Counted from the stretch's first letter, positions 13,712 through 27,000 are shown. The stretch is 64,000 bases of DNA from Eledone cirrhosa (GCA_964016885.1 OZ024740.1:73842001-73906000); one strand, 5' to 3'. Program-made: numbers and translations. Notes: a model not told the origin generated them from the sequence alone.

Positions 13712-13895
13712 GGATTGGCAGTATCGGTAGAGGATCGGACGCCATGCTTTGAAGCATAGAGTTACCTCCCTGTATGATCTGAGTGCAAATCCCGCCAAGG
13801 TTAACTTTGCCTTTCATCCTTATGGGGTTGATAAAATAAAGTACCAGTAATACACTAGGTAATTGCTGGCCTTGTGCCAAAAGTAGAAACAATTA
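13712..13895 (+). mobile_element. Meta-like tRNA SINE
   Basis: Same family as 7228-7418; interrupts a roughly 65-bp tandem repeat. Confidence 0.8.
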
Positions 13896-16089
13896 TCATA
13901 TAATGTACAAAGTAGGCTACGATCAACCAACTGGCTACGTCACATATTCACTAGATTATTATGATTATTTAATGTACAAAGTTGGCTAACATCAACCAAC
14001 TGATTACGTCACATATTCACTAGATAACTACCAAACAATAAGCTATAATAACTTTGTACAAAATGTACAAAGTTATTATAGCTTATCATTACATGATAGC
14101 CTCTAAGATCTAGTATTTAGTATCAAATATTGTCAACAATTTATATATCTTCAAATTAATCAATTAATGAAGATCAATTTGGAGAAATGTATACCTTTTA
14201 TCATACATTGATCAAGATTGTGATTTCTATAGTTTATAGTTGTGCTAACACAAGGTTTGGTTAGGTGTTCTACATATAAAATGAGAAGAGAATAATTTCA
14301 GCTTTATTTAAATTTTAGGTTAAATAAGAATATTTACAAAGAGGATTCTTCAATTGTCAAAGGCATAACAACCTTCCTTGTGTTGGTGATCTATAAATGC
14401 ACTTAGTACACTCTGTAAAGTTGTTGGTGATAGGCACGGCATTCACATATAGAAAATTTACCAAAGAAAAGGTCAGGAGAATTTTTCAGCTGTGTCAAAG
14501 ACATGCCAGTCAAGTACTGATGCCATGGTAAAATGCATCCAGTAGGGCATGGAAGAGCATATGAGACATGGGCCCCTGGACTGTATTAACACACATTAGA
14601 GTGTGGGAGTGTATATAAGCGAAAGGCAAGCCCATCTGAGAGGTAAGTAGCTCCGCTTGAGTACTGACTCGGTCTGTGTCAACCTATTCACCTCTTGCCA
14701 TGACAAAGGCTAAAGTAAGAACTCAGGATTCTGGGCTTCAGTGCTCAGGCAACAAAAGATTTTTTAAATGTGCTGATATCTTGTATAATAATATGCATAA
14801 TGGGCATTAAAACATTGATGAGAATGATTAACAAATTAACACCCACTTTATATTTATATTAAGCTTAAGGTTACATGAGATATATACATACATAAGAAAC
14901 AGGAAAGAATGTATAAAAGATCCAGAATCATCATTATCATTAACATCGTTTTTTACATCTGTTTTTCCATGCTTGCATGGGTCCTTCTAAGCACAGCATC
15001 CCTCTACTTGTATTCCTTTGTCATCTCCTCTGTGAGTCTCAGTGATTTGAGGTCAGCTCTCACAACCACTGCCCAGGTTATTCTAGGTATAGTTACGGAT
15101 ATATATAAATAAATACAAAAACACGCATCATGTATTATTACAGTTGATATAAAATACTACACCACCCATGACCCATTGGGTCACATTCGCTTATGAATAT
15201 TTTTTTAAAATTGTGTTCACTTAAAAATAATTTTTAAATAATTAAAATATATGCAGGCATGTATATAATGTGAAATGAAATTGGAAGGCCCATATATATA
15301 TATGTGTGTGTGTGTGTGTATACATATGTATATATATATATATATGAATGTGTCAATATAAATATATGTGGGTGTCTGCAACCTATATACACTGGTCACA
15401 GACAAACACACATATATATATATACACACACACATATATATATATATACACATAGACACACACACACACACATATACACACAAACTTAGAAACTCTTTAA
15501 CAGGAAATATTCACTATACACATCCTGTTCCACAAGTTATATGATACATATGACATAATATTCAGTCACCAAATTTTAGATAGATACAGTAATGCTGTAT
15601 TTGATTCTTTTGAAGTCACTTGTTATAATTTCATTCAACAACACCACCAGCTCTGTCTCTCTCTCTCTATTTATAAAAGTACCCAGAAAAAACCACGTCT
15701 CTTGGGAAACTGTGTTCCGATTTCAGGGACAACTTCTTTTCAAAGTATTTTCCCATTATGTGCCGTTTTGGCTGTATTAAATTACAGACAAGCACACAAT
15801 CACAGAGTTTTAGTAGTATATAGATAGATAGATATATTCAAAATAAACAAACACCACCAATAACACCACACTACCCCCACCCACTACACCACCACTACCA
15901 CCACACTGCTATCAACACCACCATACCCCCACCCTCCACCACCAAATATTTTAAACTCCTGTCAAATAATTCAACAAAAGCACACGACAAAAAAAAACGA
16001 AATCTCTCTCCAACACCTCAGGGGTGCAAAAGGTGGGGGTGGAGACGGAGAACTTTGACATTCTTTACAGAATATGAAAACATTTGTTG

Positions 16090-17660
16090 TTTCAGGATAT
16101 AGAGAGGGAGAGAGAATTTGGTGGTCTAGTGAGAGCGGGAATTGTGAGAGAGTGAGGTATGTAGTGGAATTTGAAGAGGGAGAGAGAATTTGTTGGTCTT
16201 GTGAGAGAGGGGGAATTGTGAGAAGAATGAAGTATGTAGTGGAATATAGAGAGTGGGAGAGTATTTGTTGGTTTAGTGAGAGGGGAGGAATTACCAAAAT
16301 GAAAGGCAGGCCGTATGATGCCTGCATGCGAACAGCAATGTTGCATGGCAGTGAGACCTGGGCATTGTGTGCAGAGGATATACGCAGACTAGAGAGGAAC
16401 GAAGCTTGCATGCTCCGCTGGATGTGTAATAGTAATATACGTGAACGGCAAAGCATAAACGAACTAAGGGAGAAATTAGGAATAAGAGGGATCAGATGTT
16501 GTTTACTCGAGAGAAGACTACGTTGGTATGGTCACGTGATGCGCATGAAAGACGACAGCTGTATAAAAAAGTGCAGGGCAATAAAAATAGACGGTAGCCA
16601 CGGAGTAGGCAGACCCAGAAAAACCTGGGACGACTTGATAAATTCCGACCTCACACACTTACACCTCTCCAAGACAATGTCACTGGACCGAGATATTTGG
16701 CGCTACACAGTAATAAAGACCCGCCTTGCCTAAGAACAAAGCGAAATCTACAGTCAGAAGGCACCTCTAACAAAAATACACCCCCGTCCCACCACCCCCA
16801 CCCCATCCACACCGCCCCTTTCAATGTAAAGTTATGTTGGTACTACAACATCCAGTCCGAAACAAATGAGGTTGTGTAGGTGTCACGACAAAAAAACACA
16901 CAGTCCACGCTGTAATGTGGCCGTGTAGGCAACACGGTAAAAACCTCCCAGTTCCACACTGTAAATGTGGTTGGTGTTAGGAAGGGCATCCAGCCGTAGA
17001 AAACCCGCCAGACAGTCCTATGCGAGCAAGACAACCACTCTTGCCTCAAGTGGGAAAATTCCCGTCCAAACCCATGCAAGCGTGGAATATGGACGTTAAA
17101 TGATGATGATGATGATGATGAAAGAGAGTTGAGTTATGTAATAGAATAGAGAGAGGGGGAAATAATTTGTTGGTCTAGTGAGAGAGGGGGAATTGTGAGA
17201 GAGTGAGTGAGGTATGTAATGGTATAGAGTGAGCAGAGAGAGTTTGTTGTTTCTGTGAGAGAGGGGGAATTGTTAGAGACAGTGGGTATGTAGTGGAATA
17301 TAAAGGCAAAGTGAATTTTGTGGTCTAGTGAGAGAGGTGGAATTATTAGAGAGAGTGAGTTATTTAGTAAGAGAGAGGGGAAATCAGAGAGTGAAAGCGA
17401 CTGAGGTATGTAGTGGTACATAGAGAGCGGGAGAGAATTTGGTGGATGAGTGAGAGAGAGAATATTGTGAGCGAGAGTGAGGTATGTAGTAGGATAAAGA
17501 GAGGAGAGGATTGATTGGTGGTCTAGTGAGGGAGGGTGAATTGTGAGAGAGTGAGATATGTAGTGGTATAGAGTGAGCAGGAAAGAGTTAGTTGGATTTG
17601 TGAGAAAGAGTGAGGCATGTAGTGAAATATAGAGAGGGGGAAATAAGTAGGGAGACAGCA
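16090..17660. repeat. Purine-rich roughly 70-bp minisatellite interrupted by an RTE insertion
   Basis: Recurrent GAGAGAGGGGGAATTGTGAGAGAGTGAGGTATGTAGTGG units on both sides of 16297-17120. Confidence 0.7.
16297..17120 (+). mobile_element. RTE LINE 3' fragment (same family as 4700-7163)
   Basis: Nearly identical to 6366-7163 including the (GAT)n tail. Confidence 0.9.
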
Positions 17661-18079
17661 AGTAGTAGTTGTTATTTCCCTTTGACTGAAAGCAAGCTAT
17701 AATACAAATATGATAGGGATGTGCTAGTGTCAACTGAGAGTTATTTGTCTCTAATTCCTCAACCACATAATTGACATATAGTAAGAATTAATATGTATGT
17801 GTGAGAGGGTAATGAACAGGCACACACACACATGGAGTTTCCATACATACTGCACTGAAACACATAGATGCAAAAAAGGAAAGAACCACATGCACATGTG
17901 TACACACAGTACATCATCACTATCATCATCATTTAACGTCCATTTTTCCACACTAGCAGTGCATAGTTATTCATGTACTTTGATATGTCCCATTCAACCA
18001 ATAGTAATAAGAAAAATATAGATGTAAATAGAATGAGGAAGTTTATTTTCTCATAGAATGTCTTTAGACATTGGCATAG

Positions 18080-19254
18080 TTACTTTTTTGTATGAATAAC
18101 TACATGGGCATTTAAGTGACTTTTGGGGGAGAATGATTTACCACAGATGTCACAGTGACATGGCTTCTCTCCTGTATGAATTCGTCTATGTTTAGTTAAG
18201 TTACTTGATACAGAAAATGATTTACCACAGATATCACAGTGATATGGTTTTTCTCCTGTATGAATGCGCCCGTGTTTAGTCAAACCACCATTTTCAGAGA
18301 ATGATTTCCCACAGATATAACAGTGATATGGTTTCTCTCCTGTATGAATACGTTCATGCTTCCTTAAGGTGTTCCCATGAGAGAATGATTTACCACAGAT
18401 ATTACAGTGGTATGGTTTCTCTCCTGTATGAACACGTATGTGGTTAGTTAAATTATTTCCATTACAGAAGGATTCACCACAGATATCACAGTGATATGGC
18501 TTCTCGCCTGTATGAATACGTTTGTGAATAGTTACACTACTACTTCTAGAGAATGATTTACCACAGATATCACAGAGATATGGTCTCTCTCCTCTATGAA
18601 TGCATTTGTGAGTAGTTAAGTCACCATTATCAGAGAATGATTTATTACAGATATCACAGTGATATGACTTCTCTCCTGTATGAGTATGTATGTGTTTAGT
18701 TAAGTGGCTTCCATGAGAGAATGATTGACCACAGATATCACAGTTATATGGTTTTTCACCTGTATGTACGCGTTTGTGAATAATTAAGTTGCTATTTCTA
18801 GAGAATGAATTGCCACAGATATCACAGTGATATGGTCTCTCTCCTGTATGAATACGTCTGTGTTTAGTTAGGTCACACTTTCCAGAGAATGATCTGCCAC
18901 AGATATCGCAGCAATATGGTTTTTCTCCTGTATGGATACGTTTGTGAGTAATTAAGCTATTTCTATAAGAAAATGATTTACCACAGATATCACAGTGATA
19001 TGATTTCTCTCCTGTATGAGTCAGTTTGTGAGTAGTTAAGTGAACTTTTTGAGAGAATGATTTACCACAGGTATCACAGTGATATGGCTTCTTCCATGTA
19101 TGAATATGTTTGTGAGTAGTTAAGTGACTTTTTGAGAGAATGACTTTTTACAGATATCACAGTGATATGGTGTCTCTCTTGTTTCTTCAGGAATATCAAT
19201 CCTTTCAGACTCTACTTTCAATTCAACCTGGTTTTCACACAATTCATTTTCCAT
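18080..19254 (-). pseudogene. C2H2 zinc-finger paralog B, 13 fingers, one frameshift (possibly a sequencing error)
   Basis: ATG at 19254 with the same N-terminus as paralog A ([30 protein letters not shown]); A5 at 19129-19133 versus A6 in paralog A; the remaining 12 fingers read open to the stop at 18080. Confidence 0.9.
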
Positions 19255-19609
19255 AATTTTTCTTTCTTCTCAAGATTCAGATGTTTTTGTTCTTTTCTTA
19301 TGTGTAGTTTATTTCTAACATATATTTCTTCTGCTATATTTCCATTAACAGACAATATATGGAGAGACTACAAACTCTTTTGTATAATTGTCCAAATTTA
19401 ATTAGAATGTGAATTTATCTTGTACCTATTCCAGACAGGGATCTTCTCTAATGTCAGATATTCTGAAATAATATAGAAATAGTATAAGATATAGAGGTAA
19501 CTTAACAGAGCTTCAACAGTGAACATTTCCCTACATTTCTATATTCATAAACTTTAAATATAAACCTTAGCCTAAACAACAGAACTAGCAATCATCTATA
19601 CAGCAGCTG

Positions 19610-21847
19610 AGAAGAGATATATTTATGGGTTGATAGGGTACTTACAGACATTAGTGTGTTATAGAACTAAGAAGTCTAGAATGTACTTAATGATTATATT
19701 TCTGTGGTGGTTCGTGCAGTGTAGTGGGTATCCTAAGTTGAAAGCTAAGTTACGTCGGTTCGATTCACGGAGGTTTAAATCTTGTGAATTTAGTGGCGAT
19801 CCTGTGTCTGCAGAAGATTGATCTTTCTAACTTGTTGTTAAGTAGCCTTTTTACATTTCTAAGGATATACAGTACTTCTAGATCACATAGCCTACAGTGG
19901 GACATACCGGTACTGTAGGTCTTTGCGGCCGACAACCTCGACCAGTTGATACTGTAGTTGGTGTTGTTGTCCTTAAGTTCCCAGATTTTTTTGGCGAGGG
20001 TTGTAGAACCCATTAGTGCACGATTTTTCATCGAATGTCTGTGCACATACCATCTTTTTTTAAAAGTACCCGCGGTGGATCCAATGTAATGCCAAGTGGA
20101 GTTGTCTGAGTTGGCCGTACACATGTACACTAGGCTCGAATCAAGGCATCTATTCGCCAATGGGCACCTATCTGGTAGGTGACAGTTACAGTTTGAGGTG
20201 TTATTTCGTGCAGCTTCTACACTGCTGTTTTGTACACTGCTATAAGTGGGTTGCGATTCATGCCCGTTGGGGTTTTGCTGCTGCGTGCTTGTATGCGCTT
20301 GCGGATGTGATACTGTGATGTGTTTATGCTTATAATTTGGTACTATGTTGTGCATAGGTGGGGCGGATTCCCTAGAGATATCTCTGTGGTTGATCTTGCG
20401 TATGTGCGATTCTATATTTTCCACTGTAGAGTATGAGAGTTTTATAGTTTTTCTATTGAGTATTTTATGATATCTGTGTGAAATAGGGAAGTGTTTATCT
20501 ATTAGTTTAAAGAATGTAGAAGGCAGTCTGGTTTTTACAGAGGAGTTGAAGATTGGGTTGAACCATAGATATTTTCTTTCTCTGATTCTTCTATTGTTTC
20601 TAGGGTTTACATTATTGGTGTTTGGACCGCTTACTCTAGGTGCTACGTGCCTAACTCTATGTCTAGTCCTGTTACCTCTATTTTTGTGTGAGCGGTTGGT
20701 GTAATTGCTATTAGGTTTGTTTAAGTTGTCTTTATTCGCTATATACTGCAGTTTATCTTTATGTCCAGCCCTATGTAATGCTGCGTTATAATAGTTAGCA
20801 TGTTCATTTAAAATTTCTAGGTTTGAGGATAAGCGGGATATTCTAAGGGATATACTACATGCTATGGATCTGATTATGGATTTGGGGTGGTTTGAGTTAT
20901 AACTAATGTAGGCCAGATTTTCATTATTTTTGTGGAAAGATTCTATTAATCCCGTATTTAGATTTAGAGTCACATCTAGAAAGTTTACCTTCTTATGGTT
21001 CAGTTCGTAGGTAATACTTAGGCCTAGATTTTTGAAGAATGTGCTGTCAGCACATGAACCTAAATCCAAGAACATTTCAAAATACTACTAGCGCAGAACT
21101 TTACCTTCCTCCTATTATAATTATAGTCAGCATGTTTTCTGTTTATATGTATGTATATATGTGTATGTATATATATATATATATATGTTTGTGTGTATGT
21201 ATGTATATATATATATATATATTGCCTCCTTAACCTCTGTATTAACTTGCCCATTATATTGCTACTCTGTTAATGCTGTCGTATACATGTATGTTATTGA
21301 TGATGAGAAAGCTAGACAACCCTTTCATCTAATATAGACCACACAAATATTACTATCCTCACTACAGTGATAAATTCTTCATCTGTCAGATAATAAATGA
21401 TTCTTACGGCGACCAGACCTGCATTATTTAAAGCCACCGGCTTATCTTTACACTATATATAATACACCCCATGACAGCTTTTACATGTCAATTTTATACA
21501 TCTGCCTCATGTCAACTAGTTTTACACGCTAAAATCGTAGATATACTATACTTCCAACCTAGATTGATGTTGTGATTATTTCAAATAATTTATTGCTAGC
21601 ATTGTTAGTATTGTTGTTATTGTTCTGATTGAATGCCATTACTACTATATATAGTAGCCATGCCTGTATATTCTTTTCATTCTCACAAGCTCCGATGAAT
21701 TGACTGGTTATAACTTTGTATTGGTGATCGAATAACGTGAAAACAAGCGGGTAGCGATCTCTAGACCTACCAGTTCAGAGAAACAATTGTCAGCAATGAG
21801 ATTAAAAACCTTTTTTGTATAGCAAACCGTGTCACTCTTCTTTCCTG

Positions 21848-21850
<3 letters not shown>
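19610..21850. mobile_element. Penelope-like element 1 (Naiad-type), 5'-truncated and inverted
   Basis: Minus ORF 19765-21040: VNFLDVTL, SNHP, WFNP, CxCx5C linker (CNCHLPDRC), GIY-YIG (LVY...YIG...FKKRW..H); plus segment 21040-21850 carries a hammerhead and ends at (TA)n. Confidence 0.88.
21681..21801 (+). ncRNA. Type I hammerhead ribozyme (core CCGAUGA, GUC site)
   Basis: Stem I TCTCA-caa-GCT/AGC-aa-TGAGA; CCGATGA; stem II TGACTGGT/ACCAGTTCA with a long loop; GAAA; palindromic stem III CAATTG; TC. Confidence 0.75.
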
Positions 21851-21897
<47 letters not shown>

Positions 21898-22329
21898 GCA
21901 TGTGTGTGAGTATATACATAAAGAATCCAGATAAAAATGCATACAAAAAACATTAAAAATTCAGCCACTTTCATTAACGATATACAAACCACATACACAC
22001 ACAAGCAATAATGCACACCCACGAAATACACTCCATCTGCACATACATAACAGCACTCATGACATACCTGGACTCTCCACCTTGACTCCACACCTGCTGG
22101 CTAGACTACTCACTTACCCTTGTTAGACTTCTTAAAACTTTTTTTCCCCACTCTGTTGTTCCAGCCCTTTCTCTCTTTCTCCGAACTCTTCATTCCTGAA
22201 AAAGGACTTATTCCTGACAAGTCAAAACCCTTATTCAGGTCTTCCTAAGCGTGAAACTAAAAAAACTTTGTGTTTTTGTATCTCTGTGTCTGTCTTGTCT
22301 ATTCTTGAACTATATTTATATGTGTGTGC

Positions 22330-22381
<52 letters not shown>

Positions 22382-22472
22382 CGAAGGAAATGTGGTAAGG
22401 AACCAGGTGGACCATAACGCACCAAAGTACTCAATACTTAGGGTAGTAGAGTGGGTAATGGGAACCAGTAAG

Positions 22473-22566
22473 ACCCCGACGGCTGAGCTCAAGCCGTTTC
22501 GACGGCTAATTCTGGACTAAATGAAAATTTATCCTGGTATTTAAATAGCCAAGCTTCTCAAGGGGT
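22473..22566 (-). ncRNA. Hammerhead ribozyme, U3-A8 variant core (UUGAGAA)
   Basis: Reverse-complement copy of 24906-24999 in the 3' pLTR. Confidence 0.75.
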
Positions 22567-24905
22567 AATTCAATATATGGGCAAAGTGATTGTCAAAAGT
22601 CAGTAGTAATTCTGTGATTGCAAATTAGTAGGGGAGATGGTAGCTAAACCTGCCAGTAGGAGAAAGAGGGGAGGGGGTGGAGTAGACCCAATCATGCGTT
22701 GGTAGTGCCAGCTACAGCTGGGCATGAGGTCAAAGAAGATACTGGGGAGGGGGAGGAAGTCGGAACGGTAGGTAGAACAATGAGGGGTAAAAATATATAT
22801 GAAAGAAAAAATACTGAGAGTGATGAAAAGCGAATAAGTGTAAAGAAAAAAGTAAAGCAAGTTCTACGACCTAAGTCTGTAGCTATTGTTAGACTAGGTA
22901 AATAAATAAATAAATAAAGAAAGAAAGAAATAAAGAAAGAAATTACGAAATAAGTAAATAAACTAGGTGGGACGGAATAGGCAAGGACCCTTTTAAGAGG
23001 TATAAGTACGTAAATCATACGGTGACGGGTCAACAAATGGGGCCAAAATACTAAAGAAACTACCACGAAATAAATAATAAAGGTTTCTATCCCGGGCACA
23101 ATGCCAGCAACCACCCAGTGCAGCAAAGTAAACTAGTACGAGATAATAATTCAGAGTCCCGAAAGAAATATATACTAATGCTAACTCTAAAAGATCTTAT
23201 ACAAGCTACATGAAAGTTCGTACGAAGTAAAGGTAGAATACGGAAAAATAAATTCAGAATCCACCCCGCCCAAAAGAAAAGCGAAGAAAGAAATACTGAA
23301 ACGAGAAAATAAGGCATAAGTGCCAAGAAATATAGAAGGCACGGAAAATAGTGGGAGCGGTCGGAAAAAGGGGGCAAGTATCCGAGGTCTAACACAACTG
23401 CTATAAAAAGCGGAGTCCGCCAAATCTATCATAGACTAGGGGAGGGGTGGGGGTACTGAGGCTACAAGGGGCCAAAGGGCAGCCTCAGGTGGGCGAGAAA
23501 ACACGCCGACAAAGAAGAAGAAATGGGGTAGAAGGGCTAAGGAGGGATGGGGGAAAGAAGGAAATAAAGGAAGCGATAAAAGAATAAAAAGATCTTACGT
23601 CTCCCTTAGCAAGCAGGGGTTACCCATTGCAAAATCGGTAAGTGGGGTGTTATAGCCCTAGTCTACCCCCCCCCCCCCCCCCCTCCCTCGGGTCATTATG
23701 GGGTTTGAGGGCAAGGTAAGTCCTACGCAATCTATGTTTACATGCAGTAACCAGTTCATCTTTCTTGTTTAGGAGTTGGTCCGTCGAAAACAACATTTGT
23801 AAAGTTTCCTCCGAGCATAAATTGCACGGACGGCGTCCTCCCGTGTAAGAATTGGCTCTGGACAGTAATCTCCAAGTGAGATCATAGGTGATGTTGTTGT
23901 CCTTGAGGTCCCATATGTGGCCCGAAAGTGTAGTGGCGTGAAGCCGGGCCGGGTTTCGGAAGGTATGTCTAGGTTGGTATAGCTGGGTCTTGAAGTCACA
24001 TGCGGTTAGTCCTATATAAGCTTTGTTGGAGGTATCCGTCCTCACGTTGCACTGGTAGATCACATTACGGTCTCTGCATCTATTGTCGAGTGGGCAAATG
24101 GATCTATCCGGACAGTTACACCTCCTGGTCGGCTCTCCACTGCTATTTAGGTTATTTCTGCCATCGGGGTTGAGTTTTTTGTTGTTAGAGGAGACGATGT
24201 TTTGTGCGAAGTTTGGTGTAGTGCTGTAAGAGAGTTTGATGGTATTTTTGTTAATTATGTTGTGGTAGCGGTGTTGTAGTGGGAAGTGTTTTTCAATGAG
24301 CCTAAAGAATAGTTTCCCGATGGGAGTTGTCACCTCTGCGTTGTGGGGAGGATTTAACCATGTTACATTGCGTGAGCGGCGGTGTCTCCTGCTGGTTCCG
24401 CTAATGGGAGCTGGACAGTAGGATATTTCCTCCCGGAAACCACTCCGCTTGAGGGCCTGGTTGTAATAAGGCGCATGTTCATCGAATATCCGCTCATTAG
24501 CTGACAAACGGGATATGCGGAGGGAGATGTTTTTGACCAGGTTATTGGTGATGTTCCTAGGATGGTTTGATCGGCGGTGGATGTAGTGCAGGTTGTCATT
24601 AGGTTTCCTGTATGGGTAGTACATGTCGTTTTCGAGGTCGAGGGTCACGTCCAGGAAGTTTACTCGGGTCAGGGACGTTTGTAGGGTTATTATACCTACC
24701 GTTCCGACTTCCTCCCCCTCCCCCTCCCCAGTATCTTCTTTGACCTCATGCCCAGCTGTAGCTGGCACTACCAACGCATGATTGGGTCTACTCCACCCCT
24801 CCCCTCTTTCTCCTACTGGCAGGTTTAGCTACCATCTCCCCTACTAATTTGCAATCACAGAATTACTACTGACTTTTGACAATCACTTTGACCATATATG
24901 GAATT

Positions 24906-24999
24906 ACCCCTTGAGAAGCTCGGCTATTTAAATACCAGGATAAATTTTCATTTAGTCCAGAATTAGCCGTCGAAACGGCTTGAGCTCAGCCGTCGGGGT
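24906..24999 (+). ncRNA. Hammerhead ribozyme, U3-A8 variant core (UUGAGAA), GUC site
   Basis: Stem I ACCCC/GGGGT; TTGAGAA; stem II G..CGGCTA/TAGCCG.C; GAAA; stem III CGGCT-tgagctc-AGCCG; TC. Confidence 0.78.
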
Positions 25000-25009
25000 C
25001 TTACTGGTT

Positions 25010-25072
<63 letters not shown>

Positions 25073-25078
<6 letters not shown>

Positions 25079-25633
25079 GAATATAGAATATAAAAGAAAA
25101 ACGAACACAGATATATAGATATATGTGTTCAAATCGTAAGGGACCTGATTCGCTAAGGTGAAAAGAATACTAACTATAGACAATTGGGTTTGCTTGTCTC
25201 AATTTAAGAACAAATTAAGAAAATAAATACAAACCGGAATTGTGGTAACTACCAATCACCCAGACAACTTGTTGTTTTGCAAAGTTAATTGTGAATAGAA
25301 ATACCAATCCAAGCTCATCAGTGGGTGATGAATTAGTATCCTAGACACATCTAAGTATGCTATATATAAAATATATAAAATAGCGCACATGGCATCCCAC
25401 CATGTCCCACAAACCCACACCACTAAAAATAGCAGCCAGGTTTACTCGACATTTGAAATAGCTCAACAAATTAACGGAGCCGAATATATCAAAGGTATAT
25501 ATTGAGTTAGGAACTCAAAATAGTCTCTTACAACAAAATAGCTCTAAGAAAGAGATATTTCTGAGCCGTATATTATAATAGAATATAAAAGAAAAATGAA
25601 CACAGACATATAGATATATGTGTTCAAATCGTA
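25073..25633 (-). mobile_element. ORF-less PLE terminal-repeat remnant
   Basis: Abuts (TA)n; about 60-bp direct repeat at 25080-25138 and 25575-25633; contains a hammerhead fold. Confidence 0.6.
25255..25329 (-). ncRNA. Hammerhead ribozyme, probably inactivated (GAAA to AAAA)
   Basis: On minus: stem I ATCACCCA/TGGGTGAT; CTGATGA; GC...GC; AAAA; stem III CAAC-aa-GTTG; TC. Confidence 0.7.
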
Positions 25634-25639
25634 GACACG

Positions 25640-27000
25640 CTGGGATGCCATTTGCTGATTTGTCGAAACATCTTAATAATACCTTCCAATATTTCAACTT
25701 CAAGGCCCTTTTCTGCAATAGTTTAAAACTTTGCTGAGTCCAAGCAGGATAAACCTTTATACAACTGTTTGTGATTCTAGTGACTGAACAATGTGATCCA
25801 TTATTAAGTTAAACACATTTACTAAAAAATCAGCTAGAGAATCTGAGGAATTTCCTTCATCATTAACAAGCTCATCAGCCATTCTTTTCTTCTTCCTGTC
25901 TCTTAACTGGCAACGCTGTTTCCAAAGTATTAATTTCCAATATTTGATTTTCATCCATATTCATCTGAGAAATCTTGTCATTACATTTATTTACAAATTC
26001 CAAAGCCTTGCTGTGAACATTATCAAATCTTCTTGACTGTTCCTTCAATTTTGTTGTAGCTGAATCCACCAAACTCCATGCAGTAAACATATCTAAACCA
26101 CTTGTCTGTAGACAAGTCGATAACAGGGTTGTAGTTTCAAATATACACAAGTAAATGCTGTCAATATGGTTTCAAACTTTAGAAGACAAAAGTTTGCTTC
26201 GTGTTTTGTTTTTGCATCTAACTTGTTAATAAGCAATAGATTTACAAAAGTACTGGCTATAGCACCATTAAAACGTCAAAATATAGTTTTCTGACCATCT
26301 GGTCTCACCAATTAGCTTTAATCATTTCAATTTTTTCTTGTTCTAGATGTTTGCCAACAACTTCTACTCATGCAGCCATTCTCTTGTATGATGCTTTCAC
26401 AAAAGTTGCTAATTTCTGGAGCAAATTGAAAAAAAGAAAATGCAGGTACACAAATTTTGTTGTTTCAGTTATCACCAAATTCAAGACATGGGCATAGCAC
26501 CACATATGAACATGTTGATCTGCCATATCAGCGATTTAATTTGTAAACCATTATACTGTTCATGGAAGCTTGCAGTGTTTAACATTTCAGTCAATAGATC
26601 AAAAATTCAGATCCTGTACCATCATTACTTGACACAACAGATAACACCTTTAAGCATATACTGAATAATAATGCTGATTGATGGATGAATTATCTTGTGT
26701 TGAATCAACCTGAATAGAATAAACTATTGTTTGAGAAATTTCATGACCAATTCTTCATAATTTGGATTAACATATTAATAGTTGTTTTACTCAGGTATGT
26801 AACAAGTCCACCACAGCCTTTACTTTGAGCCTTTCCTTGTTCTAATCATTTGATTCTTTGTCCAGACTTGTTTTGAACTGCAGAAACGTGAGCTGCCATA
26901 ATGATGTCATATTTTGCCACCAACAACACTGTAGCTAAAAAAATTGCTGTGATTCAGAACCTCATTATCCATGAATGCATTACAATATTTCACCCTTTAT
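25640..27000 (-). mobile_element. hAT (Tip100/ZMYM1-like) transposase remnant
   Basis: Minus-strand YSIQVDSTQD (near 26700) and VHMWCYAHVLNLV CxxH motif (near 26500); many indels. Confidence 0.75.

Larger units (their letters stand above)
22383..25011 (-). mobile_element. Penelope-like element 2 (Naiad-type) with inverted pLTR
   Basis: ORF 23650-24690: VNFLDVTLDL, PYRKPND, SNHP, WLNPP, CNCPDRSIC, GIY-YIG; 22461-22774 is an inverted repeat of 24693-25011; (TA)n on both flanks. Confidence 0.92.

Noticed and set aside
15217-15489. YIYI/THTH-rich ORFs here and at 21-22, 33, 51-52 and 61-62 kb
   Set aside because: Translations of (TA)n/(CA)n microsatellites
16074-16733. 219-aa ORF as a novel fusion protein
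   Set aside because: Chance read-through from a minisatellite into an RTE fragment
19765-19767. TGA as possible selenocysteine in a Naiad-type PLE
   Set aside because: It lies at the natural C-terminus, the conserved Cys codons are ordinary, and no convincing SECIS was seen
22190-22275. Possible hammerhead CUGAAAA...GAAA
   Set aside because: C3-A8 mismatch, and stem II/III registers do not close onto GAAA and NUH
24693-24774. N-terminus MVVPATAG... of the PLE 2 ORF
   Set aside because: Derived from the inverted pLTR, not true coding sequence
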